Assembly: GCA_039683575.1 (NCBI GenBank)
Contig: JBDKRC010000172.1
Span: 1-15,352, forward strand
Length of the DNA: 15,352 nt
Origin: Armatimonadia bacterium
GTDB taxonomy: Bacteria > Armatimonadota > Zipacnadia > Zipacnadales > UBA11051
Direction of reading: 5' to 3'
Shown here: piece by piece, positions 1 through 8,984 of the stretch
How the letters are laid out: every line of letters begins with the position of its first letter
How positions within the stretch are numbered: the stretch's first letter is position 1
Program-made: the position numbers and the translations under genes
Notes under the pieces: generated by a model
What the model was told of the DNA's origin: nothing
What the model saw: only the letters and a program-made list of their open reading frames with translations
Database searches by the model: none

Positions 1-2
1 TT

Positions 3-190
3 CTGACCCCTGACCCCCGCCATTTGGGGGGCACTGCCCCCGACAGCCCCCCAACACGCGTGTCATTCTGAGGAGCGTCGTCTGCGACGAAGAATCTCCG
101 GCCCCCACCAAGCCCCGCGCTCCTTCACTTCGTGCAGGATGACAACCTTGCGCGCCCGCCGTTCCTGAAACCTGACCCCTGACCCCCGCC
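3..190. repeat. 19-nt direct repeat CTGACCCCTGACCCCCGCC (built on a CTGACCC heptamer) at 3-21 and 172-190, enclosing palindromic elements
   Basis: Two exact copies read directly from the sequence, just downstream of the stop of the minus-strand oxidoreductase gene. Confidence 0.75.
61..144. repeat. TGTC/CGTC-tagged palindromic (REP/MITE-like) element
   Basis: Ends TGTCATTCTG (61-70) and CAGGATGACA (135-144) form an inverted repeat with one mismatch. The internal GTCATTCTGAG...GAAGAATCT pattern resembles CGTC-type palindromic repeats. Confidence 0.55.
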
Positions 191-197
191 TCTACTC

Positions 198-1052
198 TCA
201 CACAAAGGCCGCCGCATGCTCCAGCGCCCACGCCCGCACGTCCTGCGGCACCTTCCCGGTAATCATCTCCACATTCTTGTTCACCTTCGACAGCCCGCCC
301 GACCGGTCGTAGGCCGCCAGGTCCAGCAGCGCCTCAACCACCCACTCGGGCATCTGTTTGCCCATCGCCTCTCGCGCCTGGTCGTCGGTGATGCTCACAT
401 ACTGCACATTCCGCGCCGTCGCCTTGCCGATCGCGTCGGCGATCTCGCCGTAGGTCACGGCTTCCGGCCCGGTGAGATCATACGATTGGTTCTCGAAGCC
501 CTCGTTGGTGAGCACGTGCGCCGCGACCGCCCCAATATCCTTCGCCGCGATCATGCTCATGCGCGCCTCCCCCGATGAGCTATGCAGCTTCCCTTCCGCC
601 TTCACGGTCCCTGCCATCCCCAGCAGATTCTCCATGAAGTGGTTCGGCCGCAGGATCGTCGCCGTCATCCCCGAGGCCAGCAGATAAAGCTCGACCGCGC
701 GGTGCACCTGCCCGATGGTATACCCGGGGCTCACATCCGCCCCCAGCGCCGACTGCCGCACGATATGCTCAACCCCCGCCTCCCGCGCCGCGTCAATCAC
801 CGCCTTGGCCTGCGGGTCATCCGGCGGTTCCCCCGGTGTCAGCAGATAGATCTTCTTCGCGCTCTGCATCGCCCGCTTCAGCGATGCCGGGTCATCAAAA
901 TCCAGCGGCACGGCCAGTATATCCGGCCCCAGCACCTCTTTGACCTTCTCGGGATGCCGCGCCCCCACCACAAACTTGACCTTCCGCGCCAGCAACTCCG
1001 CCACCACATATCTCCCCACAGTCCCAGTAGCGCCAGTAACCAGTATCATCAT
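198..1052 (-). CDS. NmrA-like / atypical SDR NAD(P)H-binding oxidoreductase (~284 aa)
   Basis: Rossmann motif ILVTGATGTVG at the N-terminus, followed by 'TILRPNHFMEN', 'DIGAVAA' and 'YDLTGPEAVTY', typical of NmrA/SDR_a5. Start moved from 1160 to ATG 1052 (or 1049) because a GAGGTG SD lies just upstream and the longer extension runs through a repeat. Confidence 0.9.
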   Translation of the reverse strand: MMILVTGATGTVGRYVVAELLARKVKFVVGARHPEKVKEVLGPDILAVPLDFDDPASLKRAMQSAKKIYLLTPGEPPDDPQAKAVIDAAREAGVEHIVRQSALGADVSPGYTIGQVHRAVELYLLASGMTATILRPNHFMENLLGMAGTVKAEGKLHSSSGEARMSMIAAKDIGAVAAHVLTNEGFENQSYDLTGPEAVTYGEIADAIGKATARNVQYVSITDDQAREAMGKQMPEWVVEALLDLAAYDRSGGLSKVNKNVEMITGKVPQDVRAWALEHAAAFV

Positions 1053-1091
1053 CTCCACCTCTCTCTCGCCTTGTCTCTCAGCCGTTCGCCG

Positions 1092-1130
1092 GGAGCGCGG
1101 GCATCCTTGCCCGCAGCCGTTATCGCCGAC
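1092..1130 (+). repeat. REP-like hairpin plus conserved tail
   Basis: GGAG-C-GCGGGCA-TCCT-TGCCCGC-A-GCCGTTATCGCCGAC; same architecture as the units at 5042-5290, 7384-7540, 12620-12904 and 15009-15274. Confidence 0.7.
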
Positions 1131-1171
1131 AGACCTGCATCCGAAACCAAACCTCTCCACTTCCCCTCCCC

Positions 1172-1280
1172 ATCCCAGTCATCCTCACTATCCTCAACAT
1201 CCTCTGAAAGACGTGCCTTTCCCCCTTCTGGCCTCTCATCCTGTCCATCCGGTCTCTATCCTGTCCATCCTGACAAGCTC
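1172..1280. repeat. ATCC (GGAT on minus strand) array with ~9-nt period
   Basis: ATCC at 1172, 1181, 1190, 1199, 1238, 1247, 1258, 1267; ATCCTGTCCATCC occurs twice; a related array lies at 3268-3360. Confidence 0.7.
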
Positions 1281-1281
1281 T

Positions 1282-2211
1282 TTACAAGCATTTCACCACA
1301 TACACATGACGCTTCAGCGCGCCTTTCGGCACTGTCGCCTTCCTCACCAATTCCCACCCCGTCTCCCCCAGAACCTCCTCCAGCGGCCCCGCCGACACCA
1401 CAGCCACCCGCTTCGCCGCTCCTCGCAACGCCAACAGAATATCCCGCGCCAAGTCCTTATCCAAAAGCAGGTTCCGCCCATACGGCAGATCCACCACCGC
1501 CGCCTCCCAATGCCCCACAAGCTGCCGCGCATCCGTCCGAAACAGCCGCAGCGGCATCCCCAGGTGCTTCAGATTCTGCGCCAGCCCGCGCAGCATCTTC
1601 ACATTGTAATCCGCCCCAAAGGCAAGCATCCCCGCCTCCGTCGCCTCAATCAACGGCGTCCCAATCCCGCAGCACGGGTCAATCAGCGTATCCCCCGGCG
1701 AAGCCACCAGATTCACCAGCGCCCGCGAAAACCTCTGCGGCAGCGCGCTCGAAAAATGGATCGGCCGCTCAATCCCCTCCAGCCACCGGTTCAGCCCCAC
1801 GGAGATCAGCCTCCCCATCATCCATCGCCCCTGCGTCGCCACCACCGCCAGCTCCACCTGCGGGGCAGTCAAATCCGGCTTCCCGGTGATGGCATTGGCC
1901 ACCCGCAGCACGACTTCATCTGCCCGCTCCGGCACCTTCGGCGGCGGCCTGAGCAGCGTAATCCGAAACCGCTCATATGCGACACCAGTAGCCTTACAAT
2001 CCTCCAAAAGCCCCTCCAGCGTCTCCCCCTGCGCCTCGATGTGCACGCAGTGCCGCAGATAAGCCGACCGCGCCACATCCACGCCCCAGGGCGCATACAC
2101 CACCCGCCCCAGCATCTCTGCACCAGTAAAGGCCCACGCCTCCGCCGCCGCCAACTCCGCCTCCGGATCCTGGCAGTGCACCGTATAGACATATCCCAAA
2201 CTGCGTGTCAT
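1282..2211 (-). CDS. Class I SAM-dependent methyltransferase, Trm11/UPF0020-like (putative RNA amino-methyltransferase), 309 aa
   Basis: SAM-binding motif 'LIDPCCGIGT', motif IV-like 'DLPYG', and 'FSSALPQRFSRALVNL' preceding the Rossmann fold; N-terminal half may be THUMP-like. Substrate unknown. Confidence 0.85.
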   Translation of the reverse strand: MTRSLGYVYTVHCQDPEAELAAAEAWAFTGAEMLGRVVYAPWGVDVARSAYLRHCVHIEAQGETLEGLLEDCKATGVAYERFRITLLRPPPKVPERADEVVLRVANAITGKPDLTAPQVELAVVATQGRWMMGRLISVGLNRWLEGIERPIHFSSALPQRFSRALVNLVASPGDTLIDPCCGIGTPLIEATEAGMLAFGADYNVKMLRGLAQNLKHLGMPLRLFRTDARQLVGHWEAAVVDLPYGRNLLLDKDLARDILLALRGAAKRVAVVSAGPLEEVLGETGWELVRKATVPKGALKRHVYVVKCL

Positions 2212-2242
2212 ATCTGTTCCATTCTTAGAAAACCAACCCGGC

Positions 2243-2336
2243 TGCCTGTAGGAGCGGTCACCAGACCGCGATTATCTACGACCAACCGCTGCGCTGGCCG
2301 ATACAAATCGCGGTCTGGTGACCGCTCCTACAGGCA
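2243..2336. repeat. REPIN-like doublet: perfect 31-bp inverted repeat of a GTAG-type REP with 32-nt spacer
   Basis: TGCCTGTAGGAGCGGTCACCAGACCGCGATT (2243-2273) and its exact reverse complement (2306-2336). Each arm has GTAG plus an internal hairpin GCGGTC-ACCA-GACCGC. Confidence 0.9.
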
Positions 2337-2420
2337 ACGTTACTGCCCGTCTCAAAAGGCAACCGATCCTGCCCATCCTCCGCTCCACCATAATTCTCTA
2401 ACATTAGCGAAGCATCAAGA

Positions 2421-2447
2421 GAGGATATCGCCGACCAGCCGCGAACT
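2421..2447 (+). promoter_or_regulatory. Putative sigH/ECF-like promoter GAGGA-N16-CGAACT
   Basis: Same motif and spacing recur at 5317-5343 upstream of the other + strand unit; resembles Bacillus sigH promoters (AGGA ... GAAT). Confidence 0.35.
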
Positions 2448-2503
2448 CCTCCGCAGACGCACCAATCAGGGCCCTGGACGCCCGCTGACATGGAGGGATT
2501 GTC

Positions 2504-3154
<651 letters not shown>

Positions 3155-3166
3155 CCAGCGCCGCGG

Positions 3167-3240
3167 GGGCGGACCGCAGTCCGCCCGCTCGCCCACCTAA
3201 CGATGGCGCGCCGGCGTCACAAACCATAGCCGGCGCGCCA
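3167..3240. terminator. Two GC-rich hairpins between convergent genes (possible terminator or RNA-stability elements)
   Basis: GGGCGGAC-CGCA-GTCCGCCC (3167-3186) and a 12-bp perfect stem TGGCGCGCCGGC/GCCGGCGCGCCA (3204-3215/3229-3240). No strong U-tract. Confidence 0.45.
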
Positions 3241-3267
3241 CAAAGCCTTTACCCCTCCAGCCGGTTC

Positions 3268-3360
3268 ATCCTCCCCATCCTCGCCTCTATCCTTCTCATC
3301 CTCTGAATCCTCTCACCCATCCTGCCCATCCGCCGTTATCCTGCCCATCCTGTAAAGCTC
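3268..3360. repeat. Second ATCC/GGAT array
   Basis: ATCC at 3268, 3277, 3289, 3298, 3307, 3319, 3328, 3338, 3347; ATCCTGCCCATCC occurs twice; ends in AAGCTC like the array at 1172-1280. Confidence 0.7.
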
Positions 3361-3369
3361 CCTCTCCCC

Positions 3370-4905
3370 CTACTCCTCACACCGCATCTCAACCACCTTC
3401 CCCCCCATCTCCGCCCCCTCCTCAACCCTCCCCAACAACCCCTCATAGTCCAGCCCTTCCGCCTCCAGACTCTTCACCAGCTCCGTAAACCCCACCGACG
3501 GCCGCTTCGCCAGCGCCCTCCCCAGCCTCTCATCCGACCGCGAAAACGCCGCCTGCATCCCTGCCCATCGCGCCGAATCCGTCGAGACTTCCACATGCGG
3601 CACCGATTTCAGGCTCTTCTGCACCCGCGAGAGCCAGTTCCGCAGCTCCCGCAGCGGCGGGAGCGCCTCCCGCTCGAAAGCCGTATGCGGCCGCGGCGAG
3701 AACACCCCGACATTGCACCTGAAATGCAGCCGCGGAAACGCCGCCGTCAGCCTCCGCGCCAGCGCCGTGATCTCCTCCCGGTCCTCCGCCGTTTCGGTCG
3801 GTAATCCGATCATGAGATAGAGCCGTATTCGCGTCAGTTCCGCCGTCGCCGCTCTCTCCACCGCCGCAAACAGCTCTTCCTCCGCCAATCCCTTCCCAAT
3901 CGCCTTCCGCAGCCTCTCCGTCGCCGCTTCCGGCGCATAAGTCACCGTCCGCTGTCCCCCGCGCGCCAGCAGCCGCAGCAGTTCATCCGTCGCCGATTCC
4001 AGTCGTATCGACGACGTGCTCACCTGTAGCTCCGGCGACAGCCCCTCCAGCGCCCCGCAAAGCTCCGCAAGCTCCGGGTAATCCGACACTGCCGCCGCAA
4101 TCAGCCCCACTTCCTTAGTATATTGCAGACCCCGCCGCACCGCCTCCACGATCCGCCCCACCGACCGCCACCGCTGTGGCCGGTACAGCCTCCGCGCCAG
4201 GCAGAAGCTGCAAGACCGCCCGCACCCGCGCCCGATCTCCACCAAAAACCGGTCCGCGAACTCCGCCTCGGGCGTGAGGATCACGGACGTGGTATCGAAC
4301 TCATCCAGGTTCATGGCGCACCGCCGCGCCAGCGCCCCCGCCTCCGGCCGTCCCTGGAGCTCCGGCACATAGAACCCGCGCGTCGCCGCCAGCCTCTCCA
4401 GCGTCTCCTCCCGCCTCCCCGCCGCCAGCGCCTCACGAAGCACCCCCATGGCCGGCTCAATCTCCCCTATGTAGGCCACATCATAGATCTCCGCCAACGG
4501 CAGCGGCGCCGCCGATATCGCCGGCCCGCCCACGATCACTAGTGGCCCGTCCGAACGGTCCTCGCGCAGCGGCGGCACGCCTCCGGCCTCCAAAGCCGCC
4601 GGGATGGCTGGCCAGTCCAGTTCATAGGAGGACGTTATGGCAATAGCCTCGAAATCCCGCAGCAGCGCGCGCGACTCCAGGGAACAAACCGCCGAAGAGC
4701 GGGTCGAATCCCGTGCCGGATCGACAAAAGCCCGCTCCCAAAGCATCTCCCCCGTGGCGTTCAACTCCGCATACAGCGTATGTGTCGCCAAAGAAGACAT
4801 GCCCACAGCATAGGAATGTGGGTACAGAAGGACTCCGCGCCGCGGCGCGGAACTGTTGGGGGTGGGAATGAGCAGTCGTTCGCTGTCGAGGATATCCATC
4901 CGCAT
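3370..4905 (-). CDS. Radical SAM protein with N-terminal B12-binding-like domain (~511 aa)
   Basis: 'VEIGRGCGRSCSFC' CxxxCxxC motif; 'YPHSYAVGMSSLA', 'LVIVGGPA', 'TYAPEAATERLR..IGK', 'LYLMIGLPTET' and 'FSPRPHTAF' match the TIGR03960-like group. Start 4905 or 4899. Confidence 0.9.
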   Translation of the reverse strand: MRMDILDSERLLIPTPNSSAPRRGVLLYPHSYAVGMSSLATHTLYAELNATGEMLWERAFVDPARDSTRSSAVCSLESRALLRDFEAIAITSSYELDWPAIPAALEAGGVPPLREDRSDGPLVIVGGPAISAAPLPLAEIYDVAYIGEIEPAMGVLREALAAGRREETLERLAATRGFYVPELQGRPEAGALARRCAMNLDEFDTTSVILTPEAEFADRFLVEIGRGCGRSCSFCLARRLYRPQRWRSVGRIVEAVRRGLQYTKEVGLIAAAVSDYPELAELCGALEGLSPELQVSTSSIRLESATDELLRLLARGGQRTVTYAPEAATERLRKAIGKGLAEEELFAAVERAATAELTRIRLYLMIGLPTETAEDREEITALARRLTAAFPRLHFRCNVGVFSPRPHTAFEREALPPLRELRNWLSRVQKSLKSVPHVEVSTDSARWAGMQAAFSRSDERLGRALAKRPSVGFTELVKSLEAEGLDYEGLLGRVEEGAEMGGKVVEMRCEE

Positions 4906-5041
4906 AACCAGTGCCTGACCAGCCTCAGAGTGATGTGGGGACGTGGTAACATGATACCAAAGCCCCCCACCAACAGCAACCCGCCCGCCTCACGCCGTGC
5001 CGCCTCTGGCCGTGGGTGCGCGAAGCGACGTCTGCGTCGCA

Positions 5042-5290
5042 GGGCGTCTCGCCCGCCGCCGCTACCACCGGCAAACCGTAGGCCGTCGGAGGGGCCGAGC
5101 TTCAGCCGGCCCGCCGTTATCACCGACACCCTCGGTCGCGTAGTGCGGGCGTCTCGCCCGCCGCCGTTATCACCGACAAACCCGCACGCCGTTCGGAGGG
5201 GCCGAGCTTCAGCCGGCCCGCCGTTATCACCGACACCCTTGGTCGCGTAATGCGGGCGTCTCGCCCGCCGCCGTTATCACCGACAAACCG
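5042..5290 (+). repeat. BIME-like tandem array (~105-107 bp period, ~2.4 copies) of two alternating hairpins, each followed by GCCGTTATCACCGAC
   Basis: Units start at 5042, 5147 and 5254. Hairpin A is GCGGGCG-TCT-CGCCCGC and hairpin B is GGGCCG-AGCTTCAGC-CGGCCC. Exact tails at 5113, 5163, 5220, 5270; degenerate tail at 5058. Confidence 0.9.
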
Positions 5291-5316
5291 CCCCACAAAC
5301 TTTTTTTCCACCGCAG

Positions 5317-5343
5317 GAGGAATCCCTGCAGGAACGTCGAACT
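5317..5343 (+). promoter_or_regulatory. Putative sigH/ECF-like promoter GAGGA-N16-CGAACT for the transporter operon
   Basis: Same motif and spacing as 2421-2447; preceded by an A/T-rich tract AAACTTTTTTT; ends ~78 nt upstream of ATG 5421. Confidence 0.35.
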
Positions 5344-5420
5344 TGTCCGCGCGGTGGAATGGAAATGCCTCCTCTGAGGCAGCCTTTTCGCCTGCAACGT
5401 TGTCATCGGAGTACCCGCAG

Positions 5421-6146
5421 ATGATTGATACCAAGAAACTGGCTCAGGCGGCAAAAACCAGCACGACCACCGGCCAAATCGAGCGCCAGATCTCGCTGCC
5501 GTGGAAAGACGCCGCCCGCATCAGCATCCGCAACGTCACCCTCCGCCTCGGACGCGCCGCCATTACCGGCGCTGGCGTAGTCCTCGGCATCGCCTTCCTG
5601 GTCTCCGTCTGGACCGGTAAGGTCGTCACCGAGGGCCTCGAGGCCGATCGCGCCAAGAGCGCCCTCAGCGTTACCCAGGTCGCTGGCGAGACCGGCGGCG
5701 CCCCCGGTGAGACCGAGGCCGCCGAAGAGATCATGCAGCGCAACGCGCGTCAGAACTGGCTCGTAGTCATGTCTCTGCTCGTATGCGGCGTCGGCATTAC
5801 CAACTCCATGCTCATGTCCGTCACCGAGCGCTTCCGCGAGATCGGAACCATGAAGTGTCTCGGTGCCCTCGACGGCTTCATCGTCCGCCTCTTCCTTATC
5901 GAATCTATTGTACTGGGCTTCCTTGGCTCGCTGGTCGGCGCTATCGTCGGCCACGTTGCCATGCTACTCATGTCCATGGCCAAAAACGGGGCCGACGTCG
6001 CCGCCAAGATGAACTGGGGACATATGGCTATGTACCTCGTCGCCTCGGTTCTGCTCGGCTGCATCCTGGCTTTCTTTGCAGCCGTAGCCCCGGCGATGCG
6101 TGCCGCCCGAATGCCGGCCGCCGCCGCACTCGCTACCGAAGTCTAG
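5421..6146 (+). CDS. Small FtsX/MacB-family (type VII ABC) permease, 241 aa, 4 predicted TM, very short extracytoplasmic loop
   Basis: 'ISIRNVTLRLGRAAIT' before TM1; FtsX-domain motif 'GITNSMLMSVTERFREIGTMKCLGA....I..LFLIES'; C-terminal 'PAMRAARMPAAAAL'. GGAG SD before ATG 5421; the ORF extension to 5250 is repeat DNA. Confidence 0.92.
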   Translation: MIDTKKLAQAAKTSTTTGQIERQISLPWKDAARISIRNVTLRLGRAAITGAGVVLGIAFLVSVWTGKVVTEGLEADRAKSALSVTQVAGETGGAPGETEAAEEIMQRNARQNWLVVMSLLVCGVGITNSMLMSVTERFREIGTMKCLGALDGFIVRLFLIESIVLGFLGSLVGAIVGHVAMLLMSMAKNGADVAAKMNWGHMAMYLVASVLLGCILAFFAAVAPAMRAARMPAAAALATEV

Positions 6147-6196
6147 AAACCTGGAACTCATCGGGACCTGACCGCTACCAAGCCTATCATAAGCCC

Positions 6197-6221
6197 GTGG
6201 GAGGGCTCTCGCAGAGCCCGA
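6197..6221 (+). repeat. GTGG-tagged REP-like hairpin
   Basis: GTGGGA-GGGCTCT-CGC-AGAGCCC-GA in the permease/ATPase intergenic region. Confidence 0.6.
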
Positions 6222-6286
6222 CCCTCCGCCTCGGCCAACCCGGCCCCGGCGCGCGACACTGCGCAACAGACGCATTGGAGGACACA

Positions 6287-7189
6287 ATGGCCAAAATCGT
6301 ATGCCCGGACTGCGGCAAAGAGATGGAAACGACCGGTATCGTGACCGTCTGTCCGGACTGCAAAGCCGACCTGAGCAAGGTTATGGAAGAGGTCGGGCGG
6401 GTCGAGCGCAAGACCAAGGCCGCCATCGCGACCGACGAGTCTGCGACCACCGCGGAGTTCATCGTCCGCACCAAGAACCTCAAGAAGATCTACAAGATGG
6501 GTGAAGTCGAAGTCCCCGCTCTCCGCGGCGTGGACCTCGCCATCCGTCGTGGTGAGTACCTCTCCATCATGGGCCCGTCCGGGTCCGGCAAGTCCACCCT
6601 CTTCAACATGGTCGGCGGCCTCGACAAGCCGTCCGAGGGCACCTGCTACATTGACGAAGTGGACATGGCCCAGCTTGACGCCGGCGAGCTCGCGTGGCTC
6701 CGCTGCCGCAAGATCGGGTACATCTTCCAGTCCTTCAACCTCATTCCCGTCATGACCGCCCTTGAGAACGTCACCCTGCCGATGATCTTCGCTGGCATGA
6801 GCTCTGACGAGATGATGGAGCGCGGCCAGATGCTCCTCGACCTCGTGGGCCTCGGCGGCCGCCTGCACCACAAGCCCTTCGAGCTTTCTGGCGGTCAGCA
6901 GCAGCGTGTGGCGGTAGCCCGCTCCCTGGCCAACAGCCCCGCGATCATCCTCGCCGACGAGCCCACCGGTAACCTCGACTTGCAGACCGGTAAGGAGATC
7001 ATCGACCTCCTCAGGGAGCTCAACTCCGGCAGCGGCGTGACGATCATCTCGGCTACCCATGACCTCAAGATGATCGACGCCTCCGACCGCATCGTGCACA
7101 TCCGTGACGGAGGCATCGAGCGCATCGAGATGCGCGCAGACATCGACCTGAAGATTGGTTCGTTCGCCGGTGCGGAGGGCGGGGAGTAA
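6287..7189 (+). CDS. ABC transporter ATP-binding protein, LolD/MacB/FtsE family, with N-terminal CxxC-x12-CxxC zinc ribbon (300 aa)
   Basis: Walker A GPSGSGKST, Q-loop 'IGYIFQSFNL', signature LSGGQQQRVA, Walker B/D-loop 'IILADEPTGNLD', H-loop 'ATHD'. GGAGGA SD before ATG 6287. N-terminus CPDCGKEMETTGIVTVCPDC. Confidence 0.95.
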   Translation: MAKIVCPDCGKEMETTGIVTVCPDCKADLSKVMEEVGRVERKTKAAIATDESATTAEFIVRTKNLKKIYKMGEVEVPALRGVDLAIRRGEYLSIMGPSGSGKSTLFNMVGGLDKPSEGTCYIDEVDMAQLDAGELAWLRCRKIGYIFQSFNLIPVMTALENVTLPMIFAGMSSDEMMERGQMLLDLVGLGGRLHHKPFELSGGQQQRVAVARSLANSPAIILADEPTGNLDLQTGKEIIDLLRELNSGSGVTIISATHDLKMIDASDRIVHIRDGGIERIEMRADIDLKIGSFAGAEGGE

Positions 7190-7276
7190 CTCTCCTTGCA
7201 GAGCCGTAAACGGCTGGGATAGAGAGCCCAGGGCGTGCGGCTGAGCAGTCGCGCGCCCTTTTGCATTCTGCTGGCC

Positions 7277-7540
7277 GGAGGGGCCGAGCTTCAGCCGGCC
7301 CTGTCGTTCTGGACACACCTGCCGCGTAGTAACCAGTCCGCCATATGGCGGAGCGACGTCTGCTGTAGGGCGAAGCGATATCTGCTGTAGGGCGGGGGCT
7401 CGTACCCCGCCGGCCGTTATCACCGACATCCTGGGTCGCCGGTAGGAGCGCTCCCCTGAGCGCGATGCCGTTATCACCGACCAACAACCAATCCGCGTAG
7501 TCCGGGCGTCTCGCCCGCTCTCGCCGTTACCATCGGCCAA
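7277..7540 (+). repeat. Cluster of REP-like hairpins with shared tail
   Basis: Hairpin B (7277-7301); 16-bp palindrome TCCGCCATATGGCGGA (7337-7352); GTAG-tagged hairpins at 7387, 7442, 7497; tails at 7413, 7467 and degenerate 7523. Confidence 0.85.
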
Positions 7541-7625
7541 CGAACTCGCACCGCCGCGCGACGATCAGCAAAAACCGCCGTACCCGCAACCTGCCCGCCA
7601 CCTAACACGAAAGTGGTGAACTGTC

Positions 7626-8630
7626 TTGCTGCACAGGTCGCGCCTTGCGCTGCCCGCGCTGTTGATACTCCTCACTCCAGCGCTGGTGCTCGCTCAGCCC
7701 TCCGGCGCCCGCGAAGACTCGGAGATGGTTCTCACCTCCGACGTCAACTACGAGAGCGTTCTGCAGTACGTACAGCAGGACCGCATGACGCGCTTCGTCG
7801 AGCAGCTCGCCTCCTTCGGCTCGCGCGTCACCGGCTATCCCGGCTGTGACCGCGCTGCCGATCTCGTGGAGCAGACCTTCCGCGACCTCGGACTGCAGGT
7901 CGAGACCGAGAAATTCTCAGTTCTCGTCCCCATGCCCAAGTTCGACGCCCAGGGCCGCCCGGCCACCCTCACCGTCGGCGGCTCCCGGCAGTTCAGCCTC
8001 CTCCCCCTCTGGCCCAACCTCGTCCAAATGCCCAAAACCCCGCCCGAAGGTCTCTCCGGCCGCCTCATCTACGCCGCCAAGGGCGATCTGCAGGCCTTCA
8101 ACGGTCTCGACGTCGCGGACAGCATCGTCATGCTCGACTTCGACTCCGGCCGGGAGTGGTTCAACGCCCCGCTCCTCGGCGCCAAGGCCGTCCTCTTCAT
8201 CGAGCCCCGCGAGACCATCCGCGGCGAGGCCGAACAGAAATTCCTCTCCATGCCTGTCAGCATCCCCCGCTTCTGGGTCCCCAAGGAGACCGCCGACCTG
8301 CTGCAGGGCATGATCGCCCAGCAGGGCGAGGTTAACGTCAACGTCTTCTGCGACATCGACTGGCAGAAGGTCACCGGCAAAAACATCCTCGCCCATCTCA
8401 AGGGCACCGATTCGCGCCTCAGCAAGCAGCAAGTCGTCATGCAGGCCTACTACGATTCCATCTCCATCGCCCCGGTGCTCGCTCCCGGCGCCGAAAACGC
8501 CTGCAGCATCGCCGCCCTGATGGAGCTCGCCCGCGCCTTCAAGGCCCACCCGCCCAAGCGCAGCGTCACCTTCCTCGCCACCTCCGGCCACTTCGAGGCC
8601 ATGGCTGGCGAAAAGGCCTTCCTCGCCTAG
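7626..8630 (+). CDS. N-terminal fragment under the standard code: signal peptide + PA domain + first part of M28-like domain (334 aa)
   Basis: Signal 'MLHRSRLALPALLILLTPALVLA'; 'SRVTGYPG...AA'; PA-like 'GRLIYAAKG...GAKAVLFIE'; 'NILAHLKG...AYYDS...APGAENACSIAALMELAR...RSVTFLATSGH'. Confidence 0.6.
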   Translation: MLHRSRLALPALLILLTPALVLAQPSGAREDSEMVLTSDVNYESVLQYVQQDRMTRFVEQLASFGSRVTGYPGCDRAADLVEQTFRDLGLQVETEKFSVLVPMPKFDAQGRPATLTVGGSRQFSLLPLWPNLVQMPKTPPEGLSGRLIYAAKGDLQAFNGLDVADSIVMLDFDSGREWFNAPLLGAKAVLFIEPRETIRGEAEQKFLSMPVSIPRFWVPKETADLLQGMIAQQGEVNVNVFCDIDWQKVTGKNILAHLKGTDSRLSKQQVVMQAYYDSISIAPVLAPGAENACSIAALMELARAFKAHPPKRSVTFLATSGHFEAMAGEKAFLA

Positions 8631-8984
8631 CGCTTCCGCGGCGCCCGCAGCGAAAAGTCCGTCAAGAAGCTCTATGACCTCGTCCGCCAGAGCCGCCGCG
8701 GCCTCGACGAAGCCGCCGCGAGCGTCTGGGAAGAGGAACTCCCCTCCGCCGACGCCGAGCCCAAGACCCCCGATCAGATCGCTGAGGAGCGCGTCCGCGC
8801 CCTCGGCCGCATCGCTCGGGCCGTCCGTCAGGCCGAAAAGAAGCTCCACGCCGCCGAGCGCACCGCCGTCCGCGCCAAGCGCTACGACCCCAACCGCGGC
8901 AAGCTCTACGAGCGCAAGCTCGACGAATCCGAGCTCCAGCGCCGCACGCAGCTCATCGGCGCCCTCGAGACTGCCCTGCCCGCG

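Noticed and set aside
5042-5290. CRISPR-like appearance (constant repeat every ~50-57 nt)
   Set aside because: The repeat is only 15 nt, the 'spacers' are themselves repeated hairpins, the units are dispersed in other intergenic regions, and there are no cas genes.
5250-5420. N-terminal ORF extensions from the track (5250, 5783, 12723, 1160)
   Set aside because: They run through repeats or overlap upstream genes; SD-supported starts exist at 5421, 6287, 12999 and 1052/1049.
4761-5454. Small ORFs with recurring 'MSVITA' / 'RASRPPPLSPT' peptides (also near 7065-7487, 12441-12949, 15006-15279)
   Set aside because: These are translations of the DNA repeat units, with no SD or coding-type codon bias.
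8631-8720. PYLIS-like or other recoding hairpin after the amber codon
   Set aside because: No convincing stem-loop is visible by eye beyond what GC-rich DNA gives by chance; a folding calculation with shuffled controls would be needed.
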